From the NCBI RefSeq assembly GCF_900232105.1, contig NZ_LT934425.1, positions 3,060,001-3,092,000 of the forward strand: DNA of 32,000 nt, written 5' to 3'. The position numbers and the translations under genes were made by a program. Below, one piece after another: positions 11,128-19,013 of this stretch (positions are counted from its first letter, which is position 1; every line of letters starts with the position of its first letter). The notes under the pieces are model-generated. The model did not search any database, was not told the DNA's origin, and worked only from the letters and a program-made list of their open reading frames with translations. The DNA is from Candidatus Kuenenia stuttgartensis. Its GTDB lineage: Bacteria; Planctomycetota; Brocadiia; Brocadiales; Brocadiaceae.

Positions 11128-12489
11128 ATGGAAAAAATGATAAAAAACGCATTAAAACTGGCAAAAGCGGACTACGCTGAGGTTCGTGTCCATGAAGGGG
11201 TCAGTACGGGTGTCACTTATGTAGGGAAAGAGCTTGAAGGTATCGGTGAAAAAAGCTCTTTTGGCGGATGCGTAAGGGCGTTAGTAAACGGCGGCTGGGG
11301 TTTTGTCGCCTTTAACGATATAGAACATCTTCCGAAATACATTGAAATGGCCTGTGAACAGGCAAAATTCGTTGGGAAGAATAAAAGCCAGCTTTCCCCC
11401 ATACCCATACTAAACGATCATACAAAGACGACAGTTGTCAATGACCCGGCGGAAATATCCTTGAAAGAAAAACAGTCGCTTTGCGACAAATACAACACGA
11501 TCATCCTTTCTTCAAAACAAATACAGACGTCCAATGTCCGGTATCTGGATTCACGCGGCACAGTATTTTTCTCCAATACAGAAGGGAGCTTTATAGCGCA
11601 GGAAACGATTTTTTGCGGCATCTCTCTGCTCGCTATGGCAAGGGACGGCATGAACGTCCAGCAGGCATATCATTCCGTAGGGGACTTGCGCGGGTATAAT
11701 AACGTATTAAATATGGAACAGGAATGTGAGAAGGTTGCAAAACGCGCGGTTGACCAGCTTTCGGCAAAACCGGTGAATGGCGGCAAATATACGGTCATCA
11801 TTGATCCCAAGCTGTGCGGTGTATTTGTCCATGAAGCGTTTGGGCACCTCAGCGAGGCGGATTTTGTTTATGAAAACGCTCAATTGCGGGAGATCATGGT
11901 TCTTGGGAAGCGTTTTGGCTCTGACGCCTTGTCGATTGTTGATGATGGTACTTTAGTCGGTGAAGCCGGATACAACAAGTATGACAGCGAGGGGACTCCG
12001 ACGCAAAAGACGTATCTTATTAAAAATGGTATATTAACCAACAGGCTTCATTCGCGGGAAACGGCAGCAAAGATGAATGAAAAGCCTACGGGCAATGCTC
12101 GCGCCATCAGTTATGGCAATGAACCCATCGTCCGTATGACGAATACCTTTATGGAGCCGCGTAATGATACCTTCGAAAAAATGTTATCGGAAGTTGATGA
12201 TGGTATTTACGCAATCGGCGCCTTAGGGGGGCAAACCAATATGGAGATGTTTACCTTTAGTGCGGAAGAGGCATACATGATACGCAACGGGCAGTTGAAA
12301 GAGAAAGTACGCGATGTAGTTCTTACCGGAAACGTGTTTGAGACACTCATGAATATTGATGCCATTGGAAACGATCTTGAAATTTATGGGGGTATGGGAG
12401 GGTGTGGCAAGGGAGGTCAATCGCCTTTGCGCGTCAGCGACGGCGGGCCTCATGTGCGAATACGAAATGTCGTTATTGGAGGAAGATGA
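11128..12489 (+). CDS. tldD: TldD/PmbA-family metalloprotease
   Basis: HEAFGHLSEAD metal-binding motif and VNGGWGFVAF. Confidence 0.88.
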   Translation: MEKMIKNALKLAKADYAEVRVHEGVSTGVTYVGKELEGIGEKSSFGGCVRALVNGGWGFVAFNDIEHLPKYIEMACEQAKFVGKNKSQLSPIPILNDHTKTTVVNDPAEISLKEKQSLCDKYNTIILSSKQIQTSNVRYLDSRGTVFFSNTEGSFIAQETIFCGISLLAMARDGMNVQQAYHSVGDLRGYNNVLNMEQECEKVAKRAVDQLSAKPVNGGKYTVIIDPKLCGVFVHEAFGHLSEADFVYENAQLREIMVLGKRFGSDALSIVDDGTLVGEAGYNKYDSEGTPTQKTYLIKNGILTNRLHSRETAAKMNEKPTGNARAISYGNEPIVRMTNTFMEPRNDTFEKMLSEVDDGIYAIGALGGQTNMEMFTFSAEEAYMIRNGQLKEKVRDVVLTGNVFETLMNIDAIGNDLEIYGGMGGCGKGGQSPLRVSDGGPHVRIRNVVIGGR

Positions 12490-13539
12490 ATGGATATAAT
12501 GGAACTCCTCGCTTTTGCAACCAAAGAAAGCGCGTCGGATGTGCATATAAGTTCCGGTGAACCGCCCATGATCCGTATACATGGTGATATGAGAAAAATT
12601 GACATGCCGCCATTGATGAGGGAGGATGTGCATACGCTTTTGTATAATATTCTTAATGACCAGCAACGCAAGGTATATGAGGAACATTATGAATTGGATT
12701 TTGCCATTGCAATAACGGGCGTTGGCCGTTTCAGGGTGAACGCCTTTCTGCAGAACAGGGGCGAGTCTATTGTGTTCAGAACCATTCCAGAAAAAATCCC
12801 GCTTCTGGAACAACTTAATATGCCCCCTATTGTGGCAGAATTAACGAAAAAGGAGAAGGGGCTCATCCTCGTAACAGGACCTACCGGCAGCGGAAAATCA
12901 ACCACGCTGGCGGCTATGCTAGACCTCATTAACCGGGAATATAAATGTCATATCCTTACCGTTGAAGACCCCATAGAATTTGTCCATAAGTCCAAAAACA
13001 GCCTCGTTAATCAAAGGGAATTGGGGTCAAATACCCATAGTTTCTCTAACGCCCTGAGATCGGCGCTTCGCGAAGACCCTGATGTTATTCTGGTGGGAGA
13101 AATGAGAGACCTTGAGACCATATCGCTGGCGCTCACCGCCGCAGAAACCGGTCATCTCGTACTTGCCACGTTGCATACTTCCAGTGCGCCGAAAACGGTT
13201 GACAGGATAATTGATGTATTTCCCGCGGAACAACAACAGCAAATCCGCACCATGCTGTCCGAATCGCTTCAGGCGGTAATTGCCCAACAACTGATCAAGA
13301 GAAAGGAAGGGGTTGGGCGTATCGCAGCGTTAGAAATTATGATCGGCACCCCTGCCGTAAGAAATTTGATCAGGGAGAATAAGATTGCCCAAATCCCTTC
13401 GGCATTGCAAACCGGACGCCAGCACGGCATGCAGACAATGGACCAGGCGCTGTTGGATTTGTGCAGAAACGGCCTTGTTTCCAAAGAATCAATCAGGAAT
13501 TTTGTAAGCGCCCCCTCTGTCCTCGACGGCATAAAGTAA
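12490..13539 (+). CDS. pilT: Type IV pilus retraction ATPase (PilT family)
   Basis: Walker A GPTGSGKSTT, LTVEDPIEFVH, ALREDPDVILVGEMRDLETI, ATLHT. Confidence 0.93.
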   Translation: MDIMELLAFATKESASDVHISSGEPPMIRIHGDMRKIDMPPLMREDVHTLLYNILNDQQRKVYEEHYELDFAIAITGVGRFRVNAFLQNRGESIVFRTIPEKIPLLEQLNMPPIVAELTKKEKGLILVTGPTGSGKSTTLAAMLDLINREYKCHILTVEDPIEFVHKSKNSLVNQRELGSNTHSFSNALRSALREDPDVILVGEMRDLETISLALTAAETGHLVLATLHTSSAPKTVDRIIDVFPAEQQQQIRTMLSESLQAVIAQQLIKRKEGVGRIAALEIMIGTPAVRNLIRENKIAQIPSALQTGRQHGMQTMDQALLDLCRNGLVSKESIRNFVSAPSVLDGIK

Positions 13540-13558
13540 ATTCTCAGGGAGATCTTCC

Positions 13559-14665
13559 ATGGAAATAAAAGATTTATTACAAGAAATGGTGCGTTTGGAT
13601 GCTTCTGATATTTACATTACCGTTGGGCTGCCCCCTGTGTACAGGAAGGAAGGGAACAACATTCCCGCCGGTCAGGAAATGGTAACGGGCGATGACACCC
13701 GCACCCTTGCCGAATCAATAATGAGCGAAAAACAAAGGGCAGATTTTTACGAACAGATGGAAATGAATTTAGCCCTGTATTATCCGGAACTTGGACGTTT
13801 CAGGGTAAACATTTTTTTTCAGCAAAGGAATGTCGGCCTTGTTATCCGGCAGATAAAGATAAATATTCAGTCTATTGACGATTTACGGCTACCCCAGGTG
13901 TTCAAAGACATTGCCATGACAAAACGGGGGCTTGTGCTGGTAGTTGGCGCAACCGGTTCAGGGAAATCAACCACACTGGCGGCGATGATTGATCACAGGA
14001 ATGAGAATAATTCAGGCCACATAATTACGGTAGAAGACCCCATTGAGTTTGTGCACCGCCATAAAAAGTCTGTTATCACACAAAGAGAAATCGGACTGGA
14101 CAGCTTGTCGTTTCACAATGCACTAAAAAATACCTTGCGCCAGGCGCCGGACGTCATCCTGGTGGGAGAAATCCGCGATACCGAAACAATGGAGTCTGCC
14201 ATTACCTTTGCGGAAACGGGCCATCTTTGTTTGGGAACACTTCATGCAAACAACGCAAACCAGGCGATTGAAAGGATTATAAACTTCTTTCCTCCGGAAC
14301 GGCATGAACAAATATACATGCTCCTCTCGCTGAATCTACGGGCAATAATCTCGCAAAGATTAATTCCAGCAAAAGATGGAAAGCGGTCAGGCGCCTTTGA
14401 AGTATTGCTGGACACCCCAAGGATAAAGGATCTTATCTTAAAAAAGGAAATAGGGTTATTGAAGGAAACAATGGCAAAAGGGAATCAGGAAGGGATGATG
14501 ACCCTGGACCAGTCCTTATTTCATCTTTTAAAAAAGGGGGAAATAACTTACGAAAACGCAATTGCCTACGCCGATAGCGCGAATGATCTGCGTCTGCGGA
14601 TAAAGGTGGAAGGGATTGAAGGTGAGAAAGAAGAAGGGCAGGCTGCGCGTTTTAAATTAAAGTAA
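13559..14665 (+). CDS. Second PilT/PilU-like ATPase
   Basis: Walker A GATGSGKSTT, ITVEDPIEFVHRH, TLRQAPDVILVGEIRDTETM, GTLHANNANQ; located 19 bp after pilT. Confidence 0.92.
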   Translation: MEIKDLLQEMVRLDASDIYITVGLPPVYRKEGNNIPAGQEMVTGDDTRTLAESIMSEKQRADFYEQMEMNLALYYPELGRFRVNIFFQQRNVGLVIRQIKINIQSIDDLRLPQVFKDIAMTKRGLVLVVGATGSGKSTTLAAMIDHRNENNSGHIITVEDPIEFVHRHKKSVITQREIGLDSLSFHNALKNTLRQAPDVILVGEIRDTETMESAITFAETGHLCLGTLHANNANQAIERIINFFPPERHEQIYMLLSLNLRAIISQRLIPAKDGKRSGAFEVLLDTPRIKDLILKKEIGLLKETMAKGNQEGMMTLDQSLFHLLKKGEITYENAIAYADSANDLRLRIKVEGIEGEKEEGQAARFKLK

Positions 14666-14762
14666 AAAAAATTTTCAACTTAATCGAGGTATATGCATGA
14701 AAAATGAAAAACCAAATTATTGCAATCCAGGGCTTCTTTTGTTGAGTTGAATTTTCTTTCAT

Positions 14763-15008
14763 CTAAGCAACTGCTAATTTCTCTTCATTTTGAATAATTA
14801 TCCTGGGATTTTTGCTTTTTGGTGGGATGGGCAATCCCTTTTCTTTTAGTAAACTAATATGTTCCTTCATTCCCCATTTTGCTTTATAAATGCAATCCTC
14901 TATAGAGTGGCCAATGCCACTAAAACCTTCTAAATCTTCTGAATAAAATCCAAAATAGTCAGGTTCTTCAGTTGCCTCTATTATTAATGAATATTCTAAA
15001 TCAATCAT
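14763..15008 (-). CDS. hicB: HicB-family antitoxin (module 0)
   Basis: YSLIIEATEEPDYFGFYSEDLEGFSGIGHSIEDCIYKAKWGMKEHI; adjacent to hicA. Confidence 0.8.
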   Translation of the reverse strand: MIDLEYSLIIEATEEPDYFGFYSEDLEGFSGIGHSIEDCIYKAKWGMKEHISLLKEKGLPIPPKSKNPRIIIQNEEKLAVA

Positions 15009-15021
15009 TATTTGCCTCCTA

Positions 15022-15213
15022 TTATTTCTTTTTTATTCCTGCTGATTTTAGTACAGCATGACAGGTACCTTTTGGAACTTCTTTTGAACCATGATAGTCT
15101 ACACGAATTAATTTGTTCCATCCAGCTTTTCCATAATATCTTATAGACCTTTTTTCTTTTATAATTTTGAATCCTTCTTTTTCAGGAAGTTTAACAAGTT
15201 CGCTAAATTTCAC
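15022..15213 (-). CDS. hicA: HicA-family toxin (module 0)
   Basis: ELVKLPEKEGFKIIKEK-RSIRYYG...IRVDYHGSKEVPKGTCHAVLKSAGI. Confidence 0.85.
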   Translation of the reverse strand: MKFSELVKLPEKEGFKIIKEKRSIRYYGKAGWNKLIRVDYHGSKEVPKGTCHAVLKSAGIKKK

Positions 15214-15236
15214 TGTTTATCCTGTATATTAATTTT

Positions 15237-15296
15237 TCATAACGTACTCTTCAGCAGTCGCGGCTTTTTGCGGTCTGCTGGAAGAGATGGTTAAGC
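15237..15296 (-). other. attC-like integron recombination site 1 (60 bp)
   Basis: Minus strand GCTTAAC-CATCTCTTCCAGCAGACCGC-AAAAA-GCCGCGACTGCTGAAGAGTAC-GTTATGA: core-like ends, imperfect inverted repeat with extra bases in one arm, and it overlaps the stop codon of the upstream gene. Confidence 0.75.
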
Positions 15297-16166
15297 GATG
15301 TCCTCTGCGTTGTTCACCAATTCTTTAAAGTCACTTTCTCTTAAAATTCTGATTTGTTGCCCTTTTGTAATTAGTCGCTCAGCTTTTTGGTGCTTTGAGC
15401 TTTTTTCCTTCCCAGCTAACTTTGTTACATCTTGATCACCAACAACTAAAATTGTAGTTTTTTTTGTGACTCCAGACTCCACATTGCATCCTATTTGGGC
15501 AGCAAGATCTGCCGCGTCTATACGGCGAATTGTCAGCGCCCCTGTAAAAACTAAATTTTCACCATAAAGCACTCCTTCAGGATTACCTTCACGACGAATT
15601 GCACCGCCAGTGCTAATATTAGAAGGATCAATTGGTTGTTTTACTCGCTTAAGCCAATCTTCAATTCCCAAACCTGTTTTGGCTATCGCAGCAATTAAAA
15701 TATGTCCAGAAGCTTTTGCATCCTCCAGCGCATTATGATGTTTAAATTCATAGCCAATTAATTCACAGACATTTTTTAATCCATATCCGCTCCATGAAAT
15801 TTCATTCCAGGTTCGACGAGCAACCCTTGCAGTATCCAACCATTTTGGTTTAGGTATTCTAATGTCGTATTTATCAAAAGCTTTACTAACGGAAACTCTG
15901 TCAAAGTGAGTATGGCATACAGTTAATACGCCATCGAGATATCCGTATATTTTTTGTGCAACCTCATGAATCTTAGGGGACCCCTCAACATCTGTTTCTG
16001 CTATTCCGTGAATATAAATGTTTATTGGATCAAAATAATCTTCTGGATCAATTAAAGAGCACCATTCGTCAATGAGTTTATTATCTTCGAATTTAGCAAT
16101 GCCGATTTGACAGATGGAGGAAATATCTGCATTTGCTGTTTCAACATCAAGTGCTACAAATTTCAA
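15291..16166 (-). CDS. DnaQ-like 3'-5' exonuclease fused to a C-terminal BRCT domain
   Basis: FVALDVETANADISSICQIGIAKF, HTHFDR, HHNALEDAKASGHIL (DEDDh); then ENLVFTGALTIRRIDAADLAAQIGCNVESGVTKKTTILVVGDQD (BRCT). Confidence 0.85.
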   Translation of the reverse strand: MKFVALDVETANADISSICQIGIAKFEDNKLIDEWCSLIDPEDYFDPINIYIHGIAETDVEGSPKIHEVAQKIYGYLDGVLTVCHTHFDRVSVSKAFDKYDIRIPKPKWLDTARVARRTWNEISWSGYGLKNVCELIGYEFKHHNALEDAKASGHILIAAIAKTGLGIEDWLKRVKQPIDPSNISTGGAIRREGNPEGVLYGENLVFTGALTIRRIDAADLAAQIGCNVESGVTKKTTILVVGDQDVTKLAGKEKSSKHQKAERLITKGQQIRILRESDFKELVNNAEDIA

Positions 16167-16184
16167 CTGGCTGTTCCTCCGGAA

Positions 16185-16556
16185 TCACGGGTTAGCATAT
16201 TTCGTCGCATCGCTTGTATAGATAACTTTCATACCAGTTTTTGAGCAAACAATTTCTCTTTCTTCAGTTAGATCGATGTCTAAATCTTCACCCCTTAGAC
16301 CTTGCCACTCTGCCAAGTAATTAAGGCTACCATACTTTTCTTTTTTTTGTGTTTTTTTCTCTACGCCACCTTTCCAGCCGAGTACTGGCAACTCTCCATT
16401 TTTTGCTTGCTCTGCCAACTCAGGGGATTCGATGCTTCTTCTTCGCCCAACTTCCCAGCATGTGATTAGACCATTGTCTGGTCCCCTCCATCGCTCATCA
16501 AACGAAGGGTTTTCCCTTATAGGCTCATGACAGGAGCGGTAAATACGTTTGCTCAT
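16185..16556 (-). CDS. Hypothetical protein, paired with the DnaQ-BRCT gene
   Basis: Intact 123-aa ORF 18 bp upstream of the exonuclease gene, with the Shine-Dalgarno-like sequence AAAAGGAG. Confidence 0.5.
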   Translation of the reverse strand: MSKRIYRSCHEPIRENPSFDERWRGPDNGLITCWEVGRRRSIESPELAEQAKNGELPVLGWKGGVEKKTQKKEKYGSLNYLAEWQGLRGEDLDIDLTEEREIVCSKTGMKVIYTSDATKYANP

Positions 16557-16573
16557 TAATTTCTCCTTTTGTT

Positions 16574-16630
16574 TTAGAAGCTTAATGTGCGCTTGAGCGG
16601 TACGCCGTCGGGCGCGTTCGTCTCAAAGCG
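16574..16630 (-). other. Degenerate attC-like hairpin before the 16185-16556 ORF
   Basis: Minus strand GCGCTTTGAGACG...CGTACCGCTCAAGCGCACATTAAGC: imperfect arms ending in ATTAAGC, near the GTTRRRY core. Confidence 0.35.
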
Positions 16631-16763
16631 CTATACTCAATCAGACTGGAATCACGGGTTTCTGACGTGCTCATCCATTACCTTCCATGCCCTTTTAATT
16701 GTGCTCAGATTGGGATTATATTCAATCAAACCGAAGCCAGTGGTTTCAGTCTGATTGAGTATA
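16630..16763. repeat. 134-bp element bounded by 20-bp inverted repeats
   Basis: TATACTCAATCAGACTGGAA (16630-16649) and TTTCAGTCTGATTGAGTATA (16744-16763). Confidence 0.65.
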
Positions 16764-16835
16764 GACGTGAAACATTCACTTTAGCCATTGTTCAATATCG
16801 AACTTGATTGCCTTACCAACATATTCGTTTGACGC

Positions 16836-17288
16836 CTAATCGGAGAATCGACCACTGAGTTTTATGACTGATGAGTAGCCGCGCTGTTTTAATTGCACAG
16901 CCAAGGGTTTTACATCAAACCACATAGTCAGATTCTTTCCGTGTGTCAGCTCACAAGGGAGGCGATGGGTAGAGTTATTGGAAGAATTTATAAACTGGGA
17001 GCCATCGGGGAGCAGCAGTCCCACAGATGATAGCGTGACGGGTTTCTCTCCAATATTTGCGGCTTCCATAAGAATGTGCGTGTCGCTAATTTGTGGCCCA
17101 GCCGTAAGAAAGCCATATGATGTTCTTACTTTTACCCGTGGTGCTTTATCTTGACGCTGAACGACTGCCACATATGTTGACAGAAGTGCTGCATATGCAG
17201 CTACAAGCAGAGTAAGTATGTCTTTCAGTTCCATCAATACTCCGTGTTTACGTCTAACAATGATTATACAGTCTGTATAAAACGTCAA
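16836..17288 (-). CDS. Hypothetical membrane-anchored protein (first cassette after attI copy A)
   Basis: N-terminal TM segment DILTLLVAAYAALLSTYVAVV followed by a beta-rich domain; starts next to a GTTAGAC core. Confidence 0.5.
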   Translation of the reverse strand: MTFYTDCIIIVRRKHGVLMELKDILTLLVAAYAALLSTYVAVVQRQDKAPRVKVRTSYGFLTAGPQISDTHILMEAANIGEKPVTLSSVGLLLPDGSQFINSSNNSTHRLPCELTHGKNLTMWFDVKPLAVQLKQRGYSSVIKLSGRFSD

Positions 17289-17290
17289 AC
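17257..17290 (-). other. Putative attI copy A
   Basis: Minus strand TTATACAGACTGTATAATCATTGTTAGAC; shared with copies B, C and D up to GTT. Confidence 0.55.
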
Positions 17291-17428
17291 GCAGACTGTT
17301 TCGATATGTATAAGAAGTTGCCGTGCCTTCTCGTCACATATTGTAACTACTTTCGCATTAAAATAAAAGAGTTGCGTATCATCATAAAAACTTTTCATTA
17401 TTGAAATGATAAAGAACAGTTCGTAATT

Positions 17429-17518
17429 TTAGACACCGTAACCTCCTTTGCCCAAAACATGGGTGTAGATCGTCGTTTTTACACCGTGATGGCTAAGGAG
17501 TTCCCAGATGGTTTGAAT
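17429..17518 (-). pseudogene. Relic 3' end of an integron integrase gene, copy A
   Basis: Hand translation IQTIWELLSHHGVKTTIYTHVLGKGGYGV*, closely resembling the IntI/XerCD C-terminus (IRTVQELLGHxDVxTTMIYTHVLNxGGxGV). Confidence 0.8.
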
Positions 17519-17526
17519 ATTTGATT

Positions 17527-17742
17527 TTAAGCAAATATCAATCTTTCCCCCTTAGGCTCAGGTATGGGATCACCAAACTCCTTAGCGGTATCAATCCATA
17601 ATTGAATTGCCTCTTTAGCATTTTTTAATGCTTTTTCATGAGTCTCTCCATGAGCTATACAGCCAGGAAGTTCAGGCACTTCTGCTATAAATGCATTGTC
17701 TTCATTACTCCAGTAAATAATAATTTCGTATCTATACATCAA
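17527..17742 (-). CDS. hicB: HicB-family antitoxin (module 1)
   Basis: YRYEIIIYWSNEDNAFIAEVPELPGCIAHGETHEKALKNAKEAIQLWIDTAKEFGDPIPEP. Confidence 0.92.
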   Translation of the reverse strand: MMYRYEIIIYWSNEDNAFIAEVPELPGCIAHGETHEKALKNAKEAIQLWIDTAKEFGDPIPEPKGERLIFA

Positions 17743-17972
17743 ATAGTCCCTCCGCGTTTATATTTTACTATAATGTTTCTTACTTGTTTAACCTGATAAG
17801 GCTTTGCCTTATTGCCCTCACGCTGAAGATTAATTTTTTCTATAACAGCTTTCTTTCTGAACATGTGATGGCTGCTTTTAATCCTCATGTCAAAACCGAA
17901 ATGTTTCAACAGGCTGCATAAATCTTCAAATTTAATATTTGCATCCGATGTTCCACAAAGAATCTTAAGCAA
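17739..17972 (-). CDS. hicA: HicA-family toxin (module 1, TTG start)
   Basis: LCSLLKHFGFDMRIKSSHHMFRKKAVIEKINLQREGNKAKPYQVKQVRNII; 4-nt overlap with hicB. Confidence 0.88.
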   Translation of the reverse strand: MLKILCGTSDANIKFEDLCSLLKHFGFDMRIKSSHHMFRKKAVIEKINLQREGNKAKPYQVKQVRNIIVKYKRGGTI

Positions 17973-18044
17973 GAGCTTCTCATGTTTACCTATTGGTTTA
18001 TTTTATCATTGTTGTTGTGGTTATTTTATTATTTTTTATGCACC

Positions 18045-18770
18045 GGATAGGTCACGGGCATTGCTGCCCGATTCCCTCCTAAGAACTGTACGTGATAGTT
18101 TCCCATCATACAGCTCAAGCACCTGTTTAAGCTTCTCTTATGGAGAAACCCGCTAATAAATTTCTTCACGTTAATAACTGACTGTCAGTATATCAAAAAA
18201 AAACGAAGGGGGCACCAGGCTTAGCACCCGTCATTTGCATTCCCTTCTTTCAACTGATTCATTCAATGTTCACGTAATAAGGCACCTGCCAACTATCAGC
18301 CTCATTACTGAGCCGGTAATATTTCAACCGGTATCTCTTCCATTACAGAAAAGCATTCGCTTCCTTATGGCATCTCACCCCAGTCCTCCAACAGCATGCC
18401 TCACGGTTAGCCTGCCCATAGGGCGAAGGTCTGAGTTTCCACGTTCCGTATAATTGACCCTGTAAATGACTTAGATGCGTCCTGGACACCGGTGGTTCTA
18501 CAGTTCCGTGCAAGCACGTTAGAGACTTGCAACTTTACCAACATGCTATTCACACTGGGGGAATAACCTTCGACCTGTTAAACCTCGTAGGTCTGTCGCT
18601 CATTGACGATGCGTGCGGACATTCATATATTTTCATCATATCATTCGTTCCTAGCCCTTAACCGGATAGGTTTTCCGGAGGGGTCTGCCTGTCGCCATTT
18701 CGACCCAATTCGGTACGTTGTCCGTGAGGCTTCGCACCCCGTCGTCAGCGCAATGGTAGCACGCTCACGT
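18045..18770 (-). ncRNA. ORF-less group II intron or remnant (5' boundary approximate)
   Basis: ORF-poor block ending in a canonical domain V at 18083-18116 (minus GAGCTGTATGATGGGAAACTATCACGTACAGTTC: paired arms, GAAA tetraloop, AGC triad, 2-nt bulge), followed by a domain VI-like hairpin TTAGG...CGGGCAGCAATGCCCGTGACCTATCC. Confidence 0.8.
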
Positions 18771-18850
18771 AGGAATAAGCAGGAACATGCTTAGTACACT
18801 CAAGAAGAAAATCTTCTTTTAGTACAATCAATTATGCGACATCGTGTCGC

Positions 18851-18980
18851 GACTAACGGCTAGCGTTACCTGCGCTGGGGCGGGCGTGGATTCGGCTTGA
18901 AAGCAGGATTCTGTTGAGGCGTAGAAAAAGGTCAATAAATCGCACAGAATCCCCAGCGTCAGGTGCACGCTTTGTTAGAC
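18851..18980 (-). other. attC-like integron recombination site 2 (130 bp)
   Basis: Minus strand GTCTAACAAAGCGTGCACCTGACGCTGGGG...CCCCAGCGCAGGTAACGCTAGCCGTTAGTC; arms pair (CTAACAAAGCGTGCACCTGACGCTGGGG against CTAACGGCTAGCGTTACCTGCGCTGGGG). Confidence 0.85.
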
Positions 18981-19013
18981 CCCGCCTTTGACCTGCAAGA
19001 CTCTTTGCCGAAT

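Noticed and set aside
17264-17280. TTATACAG-N-CTGTATAA as a LexA/SOS box
   Set aside because: Known boxes are CTGT(N8)ACAG; here the half-sites are in the opposite order with 1-nt spacing.
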